Below are positions 1-11,071 of a stretch of 64,000 nucleotides of DNA, in pieces (position 1 is the first letter of the stretch; every line of letters starts with the position of its first letter). The DNA is from the human T2T-CHM13v2.0 reference genome, Homo sapiens: NCBI RefSeq assembly GCF_009914755.1, contig NC_060932.1; one strand, written 5' to 3'. The notes beneath the pieces were generated by a model. It was not told the DNA's origin and did no database searches. It saw only the letters and a list, made by a program, of their open reading frames with translations. Made by a program: the position numbers and the translations under genes.

Positions 1-674
1 CCTGCGATACTGCTGCGGCCCTGCAGGTAGTGGCGCACGTCTTCCCGCCGTGCGAGCTCGTCCACCGTGGTGTGGCCCTGCGCCAACCGCTGCAGCTCCT
101 CCGCACTCAGGATGCCGGCCTCCTGCAGCCTCTGAGCTGACACCTTCCGCCGCAGGCCATCGAAGCTGTGCTCCGGCTCTGCCTCTGCCGCGGGGCCATC
201 AAGTGCATCCCGGCCATTGGGTAGGGTCTTTGTGGCAGCCACCTGCGAGGCAGTGACCTCCTCTGAGTGCGCCAGCGCGGCCCGGTGCTGCTCCTCCAGG
301 AGCTGCAGCTGCTCACGCAGCCTCTGGTTCTCCTCAGCCAGCAGCTCCTCCTGCTGCCGCCGCTGCTGCTCCAGCTGCTGCAGCTCCTCCTGCTTGCGCC
401 GCACGCCCTCCTCGGCCTCATGCTGCCGCCGCCGCGCCTCCTCCATGCTGGCCACCAGCCGCTGCCGTTCCTGCTCCATCTGCTGCTGCTGCCGCTGCTG
501 CTCCTCACGCAGCTGCTGTGCCTTGGCCACCTCGTCCTGGAAGAGCTGCTCCAGCTTGGCCTTCTCCTGCTCGATGAAGCGCTCCCGCTGTAGCAGGCTG
601 TCCTTTTCAGAGAGGAAGCTTTGCTGCAGGGCCTGCGTCTCCTGCAGCAGCTGCTCCTGCTGCACCGTCTGCAT
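1..674 (-). CDS. PLEC: PLEC exon 32, 5' part (end of rod, start of the C-terminal plakin-repeat region); truncated by the window edge
   Basis: ctgcag|ATGCAGACG acceptor; reads MQTVQQEQLLQETQALQQ... Confidence 0.95.
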   Translation of the reverse strand, partial: MQTVQQEQLLQETQALQQSFLSEKDSLLQRERFIEQEKAKLEQLFQDEVAKAQQLREEQQRQQQQMEQERQRLVASMEEARRRQHEAEEGVRRKQEELQQLEQQRRQQEELLAEENQRLREQLQLLEEQHRAALAHSEEVTASQVAATKTLPNGRDALDGPAAEAEPEHSFDGLRRKVSAQRLQEAGILSAEELQRLAQGHTTVDELARREDVRHYLQGRSSIA

Positions 675-782
675 CTGCAGAAGAAGAGGGTGTGATCAGG
701 GACCGCCAGCCCAGGAGCACCCATCACCCACCAAAGCAGATCCCCGGGCCCACCCGCCCGTCGCACGTAGAGGGGGCGGTAC

Positions 783-3700
783 CTCCTCAGACTTGAGCTG
801 CAGCAGTTTGGCCTCCTGTTGGAGCTTCTCCTTCTCACGCTCCAGCTCAGCGATGGCCTCCCGCAGGCGCTCGGCATCATGGTCACTCTGCTGTCGCTGG
901 ATCTCCAGTGTCTGCACCAGGGTCACCTTCTCCTGGGTGGCGAGCTCCGTGCGGTGCAGCTTCTCACCGATCTCCTCCGCCTGCTTCCGGAAGCGCTGGG
1001 CGTCCTCCTCAGCGCGGGCCTGGGCTCGGCTCATCTCGGCCACACGCAGCTTGAGGCGCTCAGCCTCAGCGCTCATCTCCAGCTGCCGCTGCCGCTCGGC
1101 CTCCAGCGTCCGCTGGAAGCCCTGCGTCTCCTCCGCCAGCTGCTGCGCCATCTGCTCCTTGTCCTCCTGCAGCCGCCGCGCCTGCTCCTGCGCAAGCTCC
1201 TTCTGCTGCTGCAGCAGTTCCGCCTCAGCCTTGAGTCGCGTGGCCTCCTGCACCGCCTGCATCTTCTCCTTGAGCATCTTCTCTGCCAAGGCCCGCTGCT
1301 GTGCCAGGTCCTCCTCTGCCAGCTGCCGCAGTCGCGCAGCCTCTTGGGCCGCCACACTCAGCCGCGCGGCCTCCTCCGCCACCTGCTTCATCTTCTCAGC
1401 CTCCTCCTGCAGGAAGCGCTGCGTATTGTCCTTGTCACGCAAGATGAGTGCGCGGTTCTCAGCCTCGATGCGTGCCTTGAGCTTGCTCAGCTCCTCCATC
1501 TGCACGCGCACCGAGAAGAGCTCCTCCTCCACCTGGCTGCGCTGGCGTGCGGCCTCCGTGGCCTCCGCCTTCAGCCGCTGCAGCTCCTCGTCCAGCAGGT
1601 TCTTCTGGTGGTCGGTCTCCTCCAGCTGCAGCCGCAGTGTTGTCAGCTCCTGCTCCACCTGCGCCTTCTGCCGCAGCGTCTGCTCGGCGAATTTCTTATG
1701 CTTCTCCATCTCCGCGTCAGCTGCCTGCTTCTGCCGCAGGGCCGCCTGCTCCGCCTGTGCCCGCCGCGCCGCCTCTTGCTCGGCCTCCTTGCGCAGCTTC
1801 TCTGCAGCCGCCTGTGCCTGAGCCCGGGCCTGTGCCTGCTCCTCTGCCGACTGCTTCAGCCGCTCGGCCTCTTCCACCTGCCGCCGGGACTGCGCCGCCT
1901 CACGCTCCGCCTGCACCCGGGCCTCCTCCGCCTCCTCAGCCGCCCGCCGGGCCGCCTCCGCCTCGCCGCGCAGCTGGTCCAGCACGCTCTGCTCCTGCTG
2001 CAGCGTCTGCTGTAGCTCCTGCTCCTTCTGCTGCACCGCGAAGGCGTGTGCCTTCTCTTCCGCCTGCAGCCGCTTCTGGGCGGCCTCCTGGGCCAGCTGC
2101 AGCTGCCGCGCCGACTCCTGCTCCGCTCGCTCCCGCAGGCGCCGCGCCTCCTCCACCTTGGCTTTCAGCCGCTCGACTTCCTCCAGCGCCGCCTTCCGCT
2201 GCCGTGCGGCCTCCTCCTCGGCCGCCAGGCTCTTCTGCACGCGCTCCTCAGCCTCACGGCGCCGCCGCTCCTCCTCCGCCGCCAGCTGCCGCTGCCTCGC
2301 AGCCTCCAGCTCGGCCTGCTCCTTGCTGCGCAGCGTGTCCTCCGCGTTGCTGCGGATGCGTCCCAGCTCCAGCTCCAGCTCCGCCTTGCCAGCGGCCGCC
2401 TTCTCGAAGCTCGCCTTCAGCGCCAGGATCTCCTCCTCCACCTGCCGCCGCTGCCTCAGCGTGTCCTCCACCAGCCCCTTCTGCCGCTCCAGCTCGCTGT
2501 CCGATGCCTTGCGCAGCTGGGCCAGGCGCTCCTCGATGTCAGCCTTGTGTTGCGCGGCCTGCTCCTCCAGCCGCCGCCGCTGGAAGGCCTCGTCCTCCGC
2601 CAGCCGCCGCAGGCGCTCGTTCTCCGCCTCCTTCTCCTTGAGCGCGATCTCCGCCTCCGTCTTGAGCCGCGTGGCCTCGCCGATGGCGGCCAGCTTCTCC
2701 GCAAGCACCCGCTCCGCCTCGGCCCGCTGCCGCGCCGCGTCTTCCTCGGCCAGCTGCCGCTGCCGCTTGGCCTCTTCCGCCAGGGCACGCAGGCGGGCGG
2801 CCTCCTCGGCCAGCTCGCGGAACCGGCCGGCCTCGGCCTCCAGCCTCTGCTTGGACTTCTCGCTGGTGGAGCGCGACTCCTCCTCAGCCCTCGCCTTGCT
2901 GGCCAGCAGCACCTCCATCTCGGCCCGCACCTTGGCCAGCTCGGCTTCCAGCTCCTGCCGTTTCTGCGTGGCTGCAGCCGCCTCACGCTGCAGCCGGGCC
3001 AGCTCCTCCTCCAGCAGCTGCCGCTGCTGCTCCCCCTGCTCCGTCTCGGCCCGCAGCCGGATCAACTCCTGCTCCGCGGCCAGGCGCTGCTGCGCGGTGC
3101 CTTCCGCCAGCTGCCGCTGCTTCTCCAGCTCTTGTTCAGCCAGCTCCCGCTGCCGGACGGCCTGCTCCTCCGCCTTGCCGCGCCGCCGCGCCTCGCGCTC
3201 CGCCTCCTCCTTCTGCTTCTCAGCCTCGGCCTGCGCCAGGCTCTTCTGCTGCGCCACCTCCTCCGCCTGCAGCCGCAGCCGTAGCGCCTCGTTGGCCTTG
3301 AGCTGCCAGCGCTCCAGCTCCCGCTCTGCCTCCTCGCGCGCCCGCTCGGCCTCGGCCTGCTGCTGTGCCCGCCGCTCAGCCTCCTCCCGCAGCTGTGCCA
3401 CAGCCACGTGTTCCTCCTGCAGGGAGCGCTCCAGCTGTGCCGTCTTCTCGGCGAAGGAGGCGCGTTTGCTCTGCAGCTCCGCCTCTGCACTGCGCTGCGC
3501 CGTCTCCAGGGCCACCTGTACCTGCCGCGCTCGCTCCACCTCGGCCTGCCGCAGGCGCCGCTCCGCCTCCTCCGCCTGCAGCCGCAGCTCCTCCAGGGCC
3601 TGCAGGGCCCGCTGCTTCTCGCGCGCCGCCTCGGCCTCGGCCTTCACGCGCGAGGCCAGCTCCACCTCCGCCTGCCGCTTACGCTGGCTCTCGTCCTGCA

Positions 3701-4163
3701 CCTGCCTCCGCAAGCGCTCGGCCTCCTCCTGCGCCTGTCGCTTTTGTGCCTCAGCCTCCTCCGCCCGTGCACGCAGTGCCTGCAGCTCCCCCTCAGCCCC
3801 GCCACGCTGGCGCTCGGTGGCCTCCAACTGCAGGCGCACCACGCGGATCTCCTCCTCGATGCGCAGCCGGCTGCGCTCAGCCGCCTCTGCCTGCCGGGCC
3901 TTGGCCTGGATCTCCGCCTCCGAGCTCTGCCGCAGCTGCTGCAGCTCCTCCTGAATGCTGCGCTTCTGCTGCTGCGCGTCCACCGCCGCCTCCTCCCGCC
4001 GCACCACCTCCTCCTGCATGCGCTGCTGCAGCTCCTTCGCCTCCCGCTCCGCCTGTGCCTTTGCCTGGGCGTGCGCCTCGGCCAGCTGCCGCTGCTTCTC
4101 CAGCGCGGCCTCCACCTCGGCCAGCCGCTCGCGCTCCTCTGCCCGCTGCTGCTCAGCCAGCCT
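783..4163 (-). CDS. PLEC: PLEC exon 31, central coiled-coil rod (3381 nt, phase 0-0)
   Basis: ccacag|AGGCTG acceptor, GAGGAG|gtac donor; RLAEQQRAEE...LQLKSEE within ORF 696..4316. Confidence 0.97.
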
Positions 4164-5062
4164 CTGTGGCCACAGCAGAGAGAAGAAGAGAAGCAGAGAG
4201 AGTGTGAACACGGGCAGGCGCTGACGGGGCACGCACCGGCACAGTTCACTCAGACAGCGCGGAGCAGGGGTCGGGGAAGACAGAGGCCCCAGCCCGGCGG
4301 AGGAGACAGCGTGCACCCGCCCAGGGCGCTCGGGCAGCGATCGCAGCCGGCCCCACTGTGCTCACCAGCCTGGGGAAGGAGGCCCAGGCGTCCTCCCTGC
4401 TTCCCGCAGACAGGCGACGGAGACAGACGGACGGGGAGAGAGAGAGCAAAGCAGGAGCTCGGAACCTGCGAGCCACACCCAGCACACAGCCCTGCCTGAG
4501 CTCTGCTGGACACCAGTGGGCCTGGCTCCCACCACTGGACCCCTCTCCCCGACCAGGGTGGGAAGCCTGGGTGGGGCGGGGTGAGGCGAGGCGGCCAGCG
4601 TGGAGACAGCAGTGCAGACCCGAGCCAACTCGGAAGAGGATTCAGGGCCACGCAGAAGGTAGGGAGAAGCCAACAGATGGGTGCCTTGGAAGACCCTCCC
4701 TAGCCCCACAACTCAGCACCCCCGACTTCTGGCAGCAAAGGGTTGAGCGGAAAGGCCAACGCAGAACGCCAAGGAAGAGCCCACAGGACGGCCGCTAGGC
4801 TGCAGGGGGGACGCTCACGAGGGAGGAGAGGCGGCACCAGCCACTGTGGGGGAGCAGTGTAGCCACACCAGGCCAGGGGGGCAGGCCACAGGTGGGGCAG
4901 CCTGGGGCAGGCTGAGCTGGGGGCAGGGGGTGCTGGCAGCGCCAGTGGGGAGAGTGGGGAGGGCCACGAGAGGTGGCCTCAGGCAGCTCCTGTGGCTGTG
5001 TGTGGGACACAACAGGTGGTGAGATGGAACCCTCTGCCCAGCCTCCGCCCAACGGGCTGTAC

Positions 5063-5161
5063 CTCCTCCTCCTCCATGCGCCGCAGAGTCTCGCTGATGA
5101 ACTTGATGTACTGGCTCGTCAGTGTGGTCAGCTCGCTGTAGTGCGTACGCAGGTCCACGTA
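5063..5161 (-). CDS. PLEC: PLEC exon 30
   Basis: YVDLRTHYSEL...RMEEEE; AG/GT boundaries, 99 nt. Confidence 0.94.
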
Positions 5162-5255
5162 CTGTGGAGTAGAGCCAGGGTTAGCCCTGCGAGAGCTGCA
5201 GCTCCAGCCAGAGGCCTGCCAGCCCCTCACCCAGTTAGGTTCGGCCCCACCCTAC

Positions 5256-5360
5256 CTCCTGGATGACACTCTCTGATCCCGACTGGACCTTGGGCTTCTT
5301 GGCCGGGGAGGCCACCGGCTCAAGCTGCGCCTTGTACGTCACCAGCTGGAGTTCATAGTC
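5256..5360 (-). CDS. PLEC: PLEC exon 29
   Basis: DYELQLVTYKAQL...SVIQE; AG/GT, 105 nt. Confidence 0.93.
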
Positions 5361-5530
5361 CTGTGGCAATGCACTGCGGTCAGCCACCAGCTCTGCCCTC
5401 CGATGGCCCCTGCCCAGCCCCTAAACCCTCACATGGGCTTTCCCTGGCATGGCCCAGGCTCAGGGAAAGCCCGCCATCATCCTGGCAACGGTCCCGGACT
5501 TGGGGCCTGGTGCAGGCGGCTGGGCCTCAC

Positions 5531-5614
5531 CTTGATGGCGTTGATGTACTGTTTCGCAAACCTCTGGCACTCCTCGACCTTCTCGCCGTGGCGCTCGATC
5601 TCCTCCAGCAGGGC
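5531..5614 (-). CDS. PLEC: PLEC exon 28
   Basis: ALLEEIERHGEKVEECQRFAKQYINAIK; 84 nt. Confidence 0.93.
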
Positions 5615-5688
5615 CTGGGTGATGGTGTGGTCAGAGCCGTGGCCGCAGGGCACGCCCAGCCGCCCCGTCCCCACCGACCCAAGCCCAC

Positions 5689-6045
5689 CTGCTCCTGCCG
5701 CAGCTGCTCCCGCACAGCCTGGCTGTCGGCCAGCGGCATGGCCTGGATCTGCTCCTGCCGCCGCCTGGCGTCCTGCAGCCAGGCGCCCAAGGGGTCTGCA
5801 CTCTCGCGGTAGTAACGCAGCTGGCGGCCCAGTTGCTCGAGCTCGCGCTGCCGCACGTCGGTCTGGGCCAGCACAGCCTGCCAGCGCTCAAGCAACTGGG
5901 CGACCCGCTCCCGCCAGCGCTCCACCTCCACGTCCCGCTCCCCGTGCCGCTGCTGCAGTCGCTCCCCCACCTCCTGTGCCCCCCGCAGCTCATCCCGCAG
6001 GGCGTCGAACGTGGGCTGCTGTGCCTCGGCCTGGGCCCGCAGCTT
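5689..6045 (-). CDS. PLEC: PLEC exon 27
   Basis: KLRAQAEAQQPTF...EQLRQEQ; 357 nt. Confidence 0.93.
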
Positions 6046-6132
6046 CTGTTGGGGACAGGAGGGACATGTGCGGCTTCAGCTGGGCCCGCTGTACCCCCAC
6101 CCCGCCATGAAGCCCAAGCCTCGAAACGATAC

Positions 6133-6271
6133 CTTCAGAGAGGCCTTGGTGGCCTCGAGCTCCGGGAGGGTGGCCGGCACGGCCTGGGCCTCCTTGAGCT
6201 GCTCCTCGTGGGCCCTGAGCACCTCCTCGGCCCCCTGCGTGCCGCGGATCACCAGGCTGATGGTCTTGAGC
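6133..6271 (-). CDS. PLEC: PLEC exon 26
   Basis: LKTISLVIRGTQGAEE...KASLK; 139 nt. Confidence 0.93.
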
Positions 6272-6674
6272 CTGGCGGGAAAGCGGGGCTCAGGGCCATG
6301 ACATGGGGCTCGAGCAATAGCCCAAGGGAATGGAACCCAAGCCACAGCGACCCAGGGTGCTGCCTGCCAAGCCCAGACCCAACCCTGGGGGTCAGCTGAC
6401 CCTGTGGTCAGAGGCTTGCTTCAGGAGAAGAACAGCCTTGGGGAGAAGGAGGTTGGGAGCCTCTGTAACACAAGGACACTCAGGACCCAGCCTGGAGAGG
6501 GGGTGCGCCAGCCAGGAACGGCAGACCCCAAGGCCCCGAGACAGGACGAGCCCACTGGCTGGATGACAGCGGCATCCTGGTGCCCACAGGGCCTGGAAGC
6601 GTAGTTCTCAGCCCTTGCAGCCCAAGACTGGGCGAAGGGGACACCGGGGTGGAAATGGCACCCTGTGGTAGCCA

Positions 6675-6978
6675 GCGGCGGCCCTATCACTGTGCTGGTT
6701 CTGTGAGGAGTAGACAGCGGGTGGACCTGTGGTTTGCAACACAGGAAGAGGCGGCGGCCCTATCACTGTGCTGGTTCTGTGAGGAGTAGACAGCGGGTGG
6801 ACCTGTGGTTTGCAACACAGGAAGAGGTGGCGGCCCTATCACTGTGCTGGTTCTGTGAGGAGTAGACAGCGGGTGGACCTGTGGTTTGCAACACAGGAAG
6901 AGGCGGCGGCCCTATCACTGTGCTGGTTCTGTGAGGAGTAGACAGCGGGTGGACCTGTGGTTTGCAACACAGGAAGAG
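6675..6978. repeat. Minisatellite, 4 x 76-bp units, in PLEC intron 25
   Basis: gccctatcac recurs at 6681, 6757, 6833 and 6909; one C>T variant at 6828. Confidence 0.97.
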
Positions 6979-7381
6979 ACTATGACATAACACATTGGAA
7001 ATAAATGCCAGAGGCCCTTAAGTCCAGGCCAGGAACAGGACAGACGAGAGGCAGGGTGCAGGATTCCTTACTGTGCCACTGAAAGTGGATCCACAGCTTC
7101 CCCACCTCACTCAGCAGCCGCTGCCCAGCTCCACTGTCTCTTCCCCACACCCGAATCTCATCACCAGGAAGTCCCCCGGCCGCCACTGTCGAAGCGTATC
7201 CAGCCCTGAACTCTTCTCACCACCTCTGCGGCCACCACCCCAGCTGGGCCTCCCGCCTCCTGGCCAGATCTCTGAACAGCCCCCAACTCGTTCCCTCCTG
7301 CACCCTCCTGCAAGGTCACAGCCCTCACCCCAGCACCCCCCAGCCGACCCCAGCCCCTCGCCTGTGGCCAGGTGCACTCAC

Positions 7382-7560
7382 TTCTCCAGGTAGATGGCAG
7401 ACAGGCTGCGGACCTGCTCCAGCTTGCCCAGCGTCAGCTCCAGCTCCGAGCGCAGCGTGGGGGCCGCAGGCGATGGCTCTGGTAGGGCCAAGACCTTCTC
7501 GGCCTCGGCAGAGAGCCGGGCGACCCCCTTGCCCAGCCCCTCCACCTCTGCCTGTGCCTT
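7382..7560 (-). CDS. PLEC: PLEC exon 25
   Basis: KAQAEVEGLGKG...AIYLEK; 179 nt. Confidence 0.93.
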
Positions 7561-7692
7561 CTGCAAAGACAGGGAGTGGGAACGCACTCATCACCGAGCG
7601 CAGCACACAGCGCCCCTTGAAGGCCAAAGGAGGGAGGGTGGGAGGAGGGATGGGGAGAGGGATGGGACTGGATGGGGGGGGACGGCCCCTGC

Positions 7693-7850
7693 CTGCTGCT
7701 CGGCGATGCGCTGGGCACACTCCCGTGCCGGCTCTTTGTCCAGCGGCAGCCGCAGGCGGTGCACGGTGCGCGTCTCACAGGCCTCCAGCTGCAGCCGGAT
7801 GTCTTTGAGCTCGGAGATGCAGCGCTGGCAGCGAGACTCTTCCTGTGCAC
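7693..7850 (-). CDS. PLEC: PLEC exon 24 (followed by a GC donor)
   Basis: AQEESRCQRCISEL...RIAEQQ; continuity with exon 25 requires CAG|gcaggg. Confidence 0.88.
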
Positions 7851-7924
7851 CTGGGGAACACATGTGGGTCACTCCACCGCCCACCTCGCACCAGCCCAAC
7901 CGCCCCAGCCCTGCCGTGCCCTAC

Positions 7925-8108
7925 CCTGTTCCAGGCTCTGCAGCAGCTGCTGGTAGTGGTGGCTGCAGGAGCCGTACTCGCGCTCAGCCATCAGCCGGTC
8001 CTCGGGTCCGAAGCCGCCCGCGTCCTGGCTGTCCCGCAGGAAGGCCTGGTAGTGCAGCTCCAGGCTGTGCAGGGCTTGGCGCTGCTCCTCTGGCTTCAGG
8101 GTGCGGAA
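7925..8108 (-). CDS. PLEC: PLEC exon 23
   Basis: FRTLKPEEQRQAL...QSLEQG; 184 nt. Confidence 0.93.
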
Positions 8109-8214
8109 CTGGGGGAAGCACGTGGGGCTGAGTGCCGGGCGAGGCGGCCGTGCCCTGCACAACGCCTCTCCCCTCCTCCCACCCAGAGAGCCCCCGGCTC
8201 GGGGGCAGGCGTAC

Positions 8215-8341
8215 CGTGGCCAGGGACCAGGAGCGGATGAGCTGCACGTCGCGGCGAAGGCTCTGCCAGGCCAGAAGGCTCTTCATGTCCACGTGCAACT
8301 GGTGCCACAGCGTGACCAGGGCCTGGTGCTGGGCCTCCAGC
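8215..8341 (-). CDS. PLEC: PLEC exon 22
   Basis: LEAQHQALVTLW...WSLAT; 127 nt. Confidence 0.93.
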
Positions 8342-8422
8342 CTGGCAGGTCAGGGCTACAGTCAGCGTCACCAGCGCCCCACCCGCCTTCCAGCCCCCAC
8401 CTGCTGAGCCCCCGCCACCCAC

Positions 8423-8577
8423 CTGGTGACGGCCTCCTGGGCCTCCTGGTTGGGCGGGGGCACCAGGAAGCACACGGAGGGCACGGCGGCCTCGCTGCCG
8501 GAGCTGCTGAGCACCTTCCAGTGGGACGGCTGTGCAGGGCCCACCAGCTGGCACTCGTCACCCTTGTGCACAGTCAC
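8423..8577 (-). CDS. PLEC: PLEC exon 21 (SH3 domain, C-terminal part)
   Basis: VTVHKGDECQL...VPSVCFLVPPPNQEAQEAVT; 155 nt. Confidence 0.93.
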
Positions 8578-8662
8578 CTGGGACGGGCAGAGTCGGTGAG
8601 GACATGGCCACACCCTGCCCTGCCTGGCCACGCCCCCCAGTGGACCCCCGGCCTGCGCTCAC

Positions 8663-8815
8663 CTCCACCTGCTTATAGTCGCACACGGCCAGCAGGGGCA
8701 GGCGGCCCCGCATGGGGTGGGCTGGGTGGCGGGGCTTCAGCTGCACGACGGCCTTGGCCCGCTTGGCCAGGCCTGAGAGGTGGCCCTTGTACTCGTTCAG
8801 CTGTTCCTTCTCGTC
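8663..8815 (-). CDS. PLEC: PLEC exon 20 (start of SH3)
   Basis: DEKEQLNEYK...LAVCDYKQVE; 153 nt. Confidence 0.93.
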
Positions 8816-9364
8816 CTGTGGGGGAGGGGCAGCATCCAGACGAGGGCCATGGAGACCCACAGGCCTGCCCCAGGCACCCCCAGACCCCGGGACCAGGCCT
8901 GTGGGGCCCTCCTGATGCTCCCGGGGTGGCAGCACTTGGAAGCAGGAGGTATAGCTGGGACAGGCCCCGGGGGTTGGCCCCAAGCAGACCCATGCACCCT
9001 CGCTCCTTCCCAACCCAGACAGGGCACCCTCCTCTCACCCCAGCTCACCCACCATGTCCTCCCAGCTACGCTCTGGTCCCTACAATGCCCTCGCCCCTTG
9101 CCCCTCCCCTGCGGGCTGCAGAAGGTACTGCCTCCTCCCATCCCACCCCTCTGCGGGGGCCAGGCCGCAGGACGGCACACACCTGGGAGCTGCCGGCTCT
9201 CCCCCCGGCCCAGCCCTGCCGACCTCAGAGGCCATTTCAGTCTCCAGTCCCTCTTCCCTGTCACTCCCCACTGTGCACCCGCCCTCCTGGGTGATCCCAC
9301 CCCTGCTCCCAGAGCACAAAGCCCAGTTCCACTCTGCCCGCTCCAGATCTCAGGCCAAACAGCT

Positions 9365-9453
9365 GGTGCCCCTTCTATAGTACAAGGGCTGGCAGTGCTC
9401 CTTCTATAGCACAAGGGCTGGCGGTGCCCCTTCTACAGCACAAGGGCTGGCGG
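9365..9453. repeat. 3 x 29-bp tandem repeat in intron 19
   Basis: ccttct core recurs at 9371, 9400 and 9429. Confidence 0.9.
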
Positions 9454-9538
9454 CAGCTGCTGACTTCAGGCTTCCACTCACTCTGTGGCTATGGAGATGG
9501 GGGCGGCCCGGCTTGGACCGGCTGCCTCTCGGCTCCCC

Positions 9539-9764
9539 ACATCCTGCCTCATTCCCCCCTTGGCTGACCTCTACACCTCCCATGGTGCCTCCCAACTCCT
9601 GCTGGCCCCTCCAGTTGCCCCCTAGTCTCCAGAGTACCCATGCAGCCCAGAACATCCTGCCTCATTCCCGCTTCGGCTGACCTCTACACCTCCCATGGTG
9701 CCTCCCAACTCCTGCTGGCCCCTCCAGTTGCCCCCTAGTCTCCAGAGTACCCGTGCAGCCCAGA
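9539..9764. repeat. 113-bp tandem duplication in intron 19
   Basis: atcctgcctcattccc at 9541 and 9654; the two copies are near-identical. Confidence 0.93.
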
Positions 9765-9812
9765 CTCCAGGCCAGCCCCTCCTGACACGCCCCTGCACAC
9801 CCCCTCCCTCAC

Positions 9813-9938
9813 CTGGGCATCCTGCAGCAGGTCCTCCAGCCGGGTGACGGTGGCGGAGCGATCACAACTGTATTTCCTACGCAGTGCCTCCTGCAGCTTC
9901 TGCAACTGCCCCTCGGCCTCCCGCACATCTGAGAAGAA
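9813..9938 (-). CDS. PLEC: PLEC exon 19
   Basis: FFSDVREAEGQL...LLQDAQ; 126 nt. Confidence 0.93.
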
Positions 9939-10215
9939 CTGGGGCAGCGGGAGGGGGTCACGCCAGGCTACCTGGGACCAGAGCCCCAGCCCACAGTTGT
10001 CCCAGGGCAGGCCCAAGACGGGGGCACTGAGGAAGGAGTGGCAAAGCCCCCAGGAGGCCTGGGGAGCACCCCTGTCCAAGGCCCCGGTCAGGCTGCAGGC
10101 AGCAGCTGGCAACGTCTGCAGACAGGAGGGCTCCTGATTGGAGCTGCCGAGGGGGTCCAGGGGCTCCTGCAAGGCTGCCGCTGAGCCACAGTGCGGAGGG
10201 GGCTCCGGTTCTCAC

Positions 10216-10311
10216 CTGAAAGTAGGCAGCGTTCTCCTTCAGGTGTGCCTCGATACAGCAGCACAGCTGTAGCATCCAGCTCCACTGCGTCTGCAGGGCC
10301 GCCTGGAAGGA
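10216..10311 (-). CDS. PLEC: PLEC exon 18
   Basis: SFQAALQTQWSWMLQLCCCIEAHLKENAAYFQ; 96 nt. Confidence 0.93.
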
Positions 10312-10408
10312 CTGCGGGACAGCAGGTCCCGGTCAGGCCCCGCCCCGCCCCGCCTGGGGACCCGGCACGGCCCCCCCCGCAGCCCCGCCCCTACCCAGGG
10401 AGCCCCAC

Positions 10409-10513
10409 CTCCACCGTGGGCCGGGCCGGGTGGTCCTCCCGCAGCAGCCGGTCCCCAGCATTTTGGAGCTCCTTGATCTTCTTCTCCTTCAGCTCCAGCT
10501 CCCGCATCAGCGC
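10409..10513 (-). CDS. PLEC: PLEC exon 17
   Basis: ALMRELELKEKKIKEL...PTVE; 105 nt. Confidence 0.93.
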
Positions 10514-10678
10514 CTGGCACCAGAGCAAAGGGTCTCAGGGACGGCCGGCCACACCCGGCTCTGCCACGCTCCCAGCAAACTCGACCCAGGGCCCCCACTG
10601 GTCTCTGACCATAGGGGACGGCCAGGGCACAGCTGGGGAGGGGGCTGTGGGGTTCAGGGCAGCTGGGCCACCGCTCAC

Positions 10679-10840
10679 CGAGTAGCTCTCCTTCTTGGCG
10701 GTCATGTTGGTGTTGCGGTCGCTCCAGTCGAAGCCCACCTCCTCCTCCTCCTTCTCATTCAGCCACATTAGCTCCTTAGTGGCGGCTGCCACAAAGCTGT
10801 GCAAGCTCTCCAGGGACCTGAGGCGGGCCTTGGAGGAGTT
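10679..10840 (-). CDS. PLEC: PLEC exon 16
   Basis: NSSKARLRSLESLHSFVAAATKEL...KESYS; 162 nt. Confidence 0.93.
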
Positions 10841-10913
10841 CTGTGGGCAGGAGGGTGCGTGTCAGCAGGCCGCGGGCTACCCACCTCCCCCGGCTGGCCC
10901 TGCCCCCACTCAC

Positions 10914-10991
10914 CAGCAGCTTGGCGTACTGCAGGTCCAGCCGACCCAGGCAGTCACGGTAGGCACCCCGGGTGGCGGGGGAGAGCTGGCC
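10914..10991 (-). CDS. PLEC: PLEC exon 15
   Basis: GQLSPATRGAYRDCLGRLDLQYAKLL; 78 nt. Confidence 0.93.
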
Positions 10992-11071
10992 CTGCAACAG
11001 ATGAGACGGTGAGGTCTGCAGTGGCTGGGCCCGGCCCACCCCCGCACTGCCCATCGCTCAGCGCCACCCAC

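Noticed and set aside
696-4316. 1206-aa ORF as a stand-alone gene
   Set aside because: It is exon 31 plus intronic read-through at both ends
217-4499. Long plus-strand ORFs (534, 598, 412, 398 aa) over exons 31-32
   Set aside because: Antisense shadows of GAG/CAG/GCC-rich rod codons, which lack stops; low-complexity products
6675-6978. Regular repeats here and at 59.6-60.8 kb as a CRISPR-like array
   Set aside because: No unique spacers and no cas genes; human minisatellites
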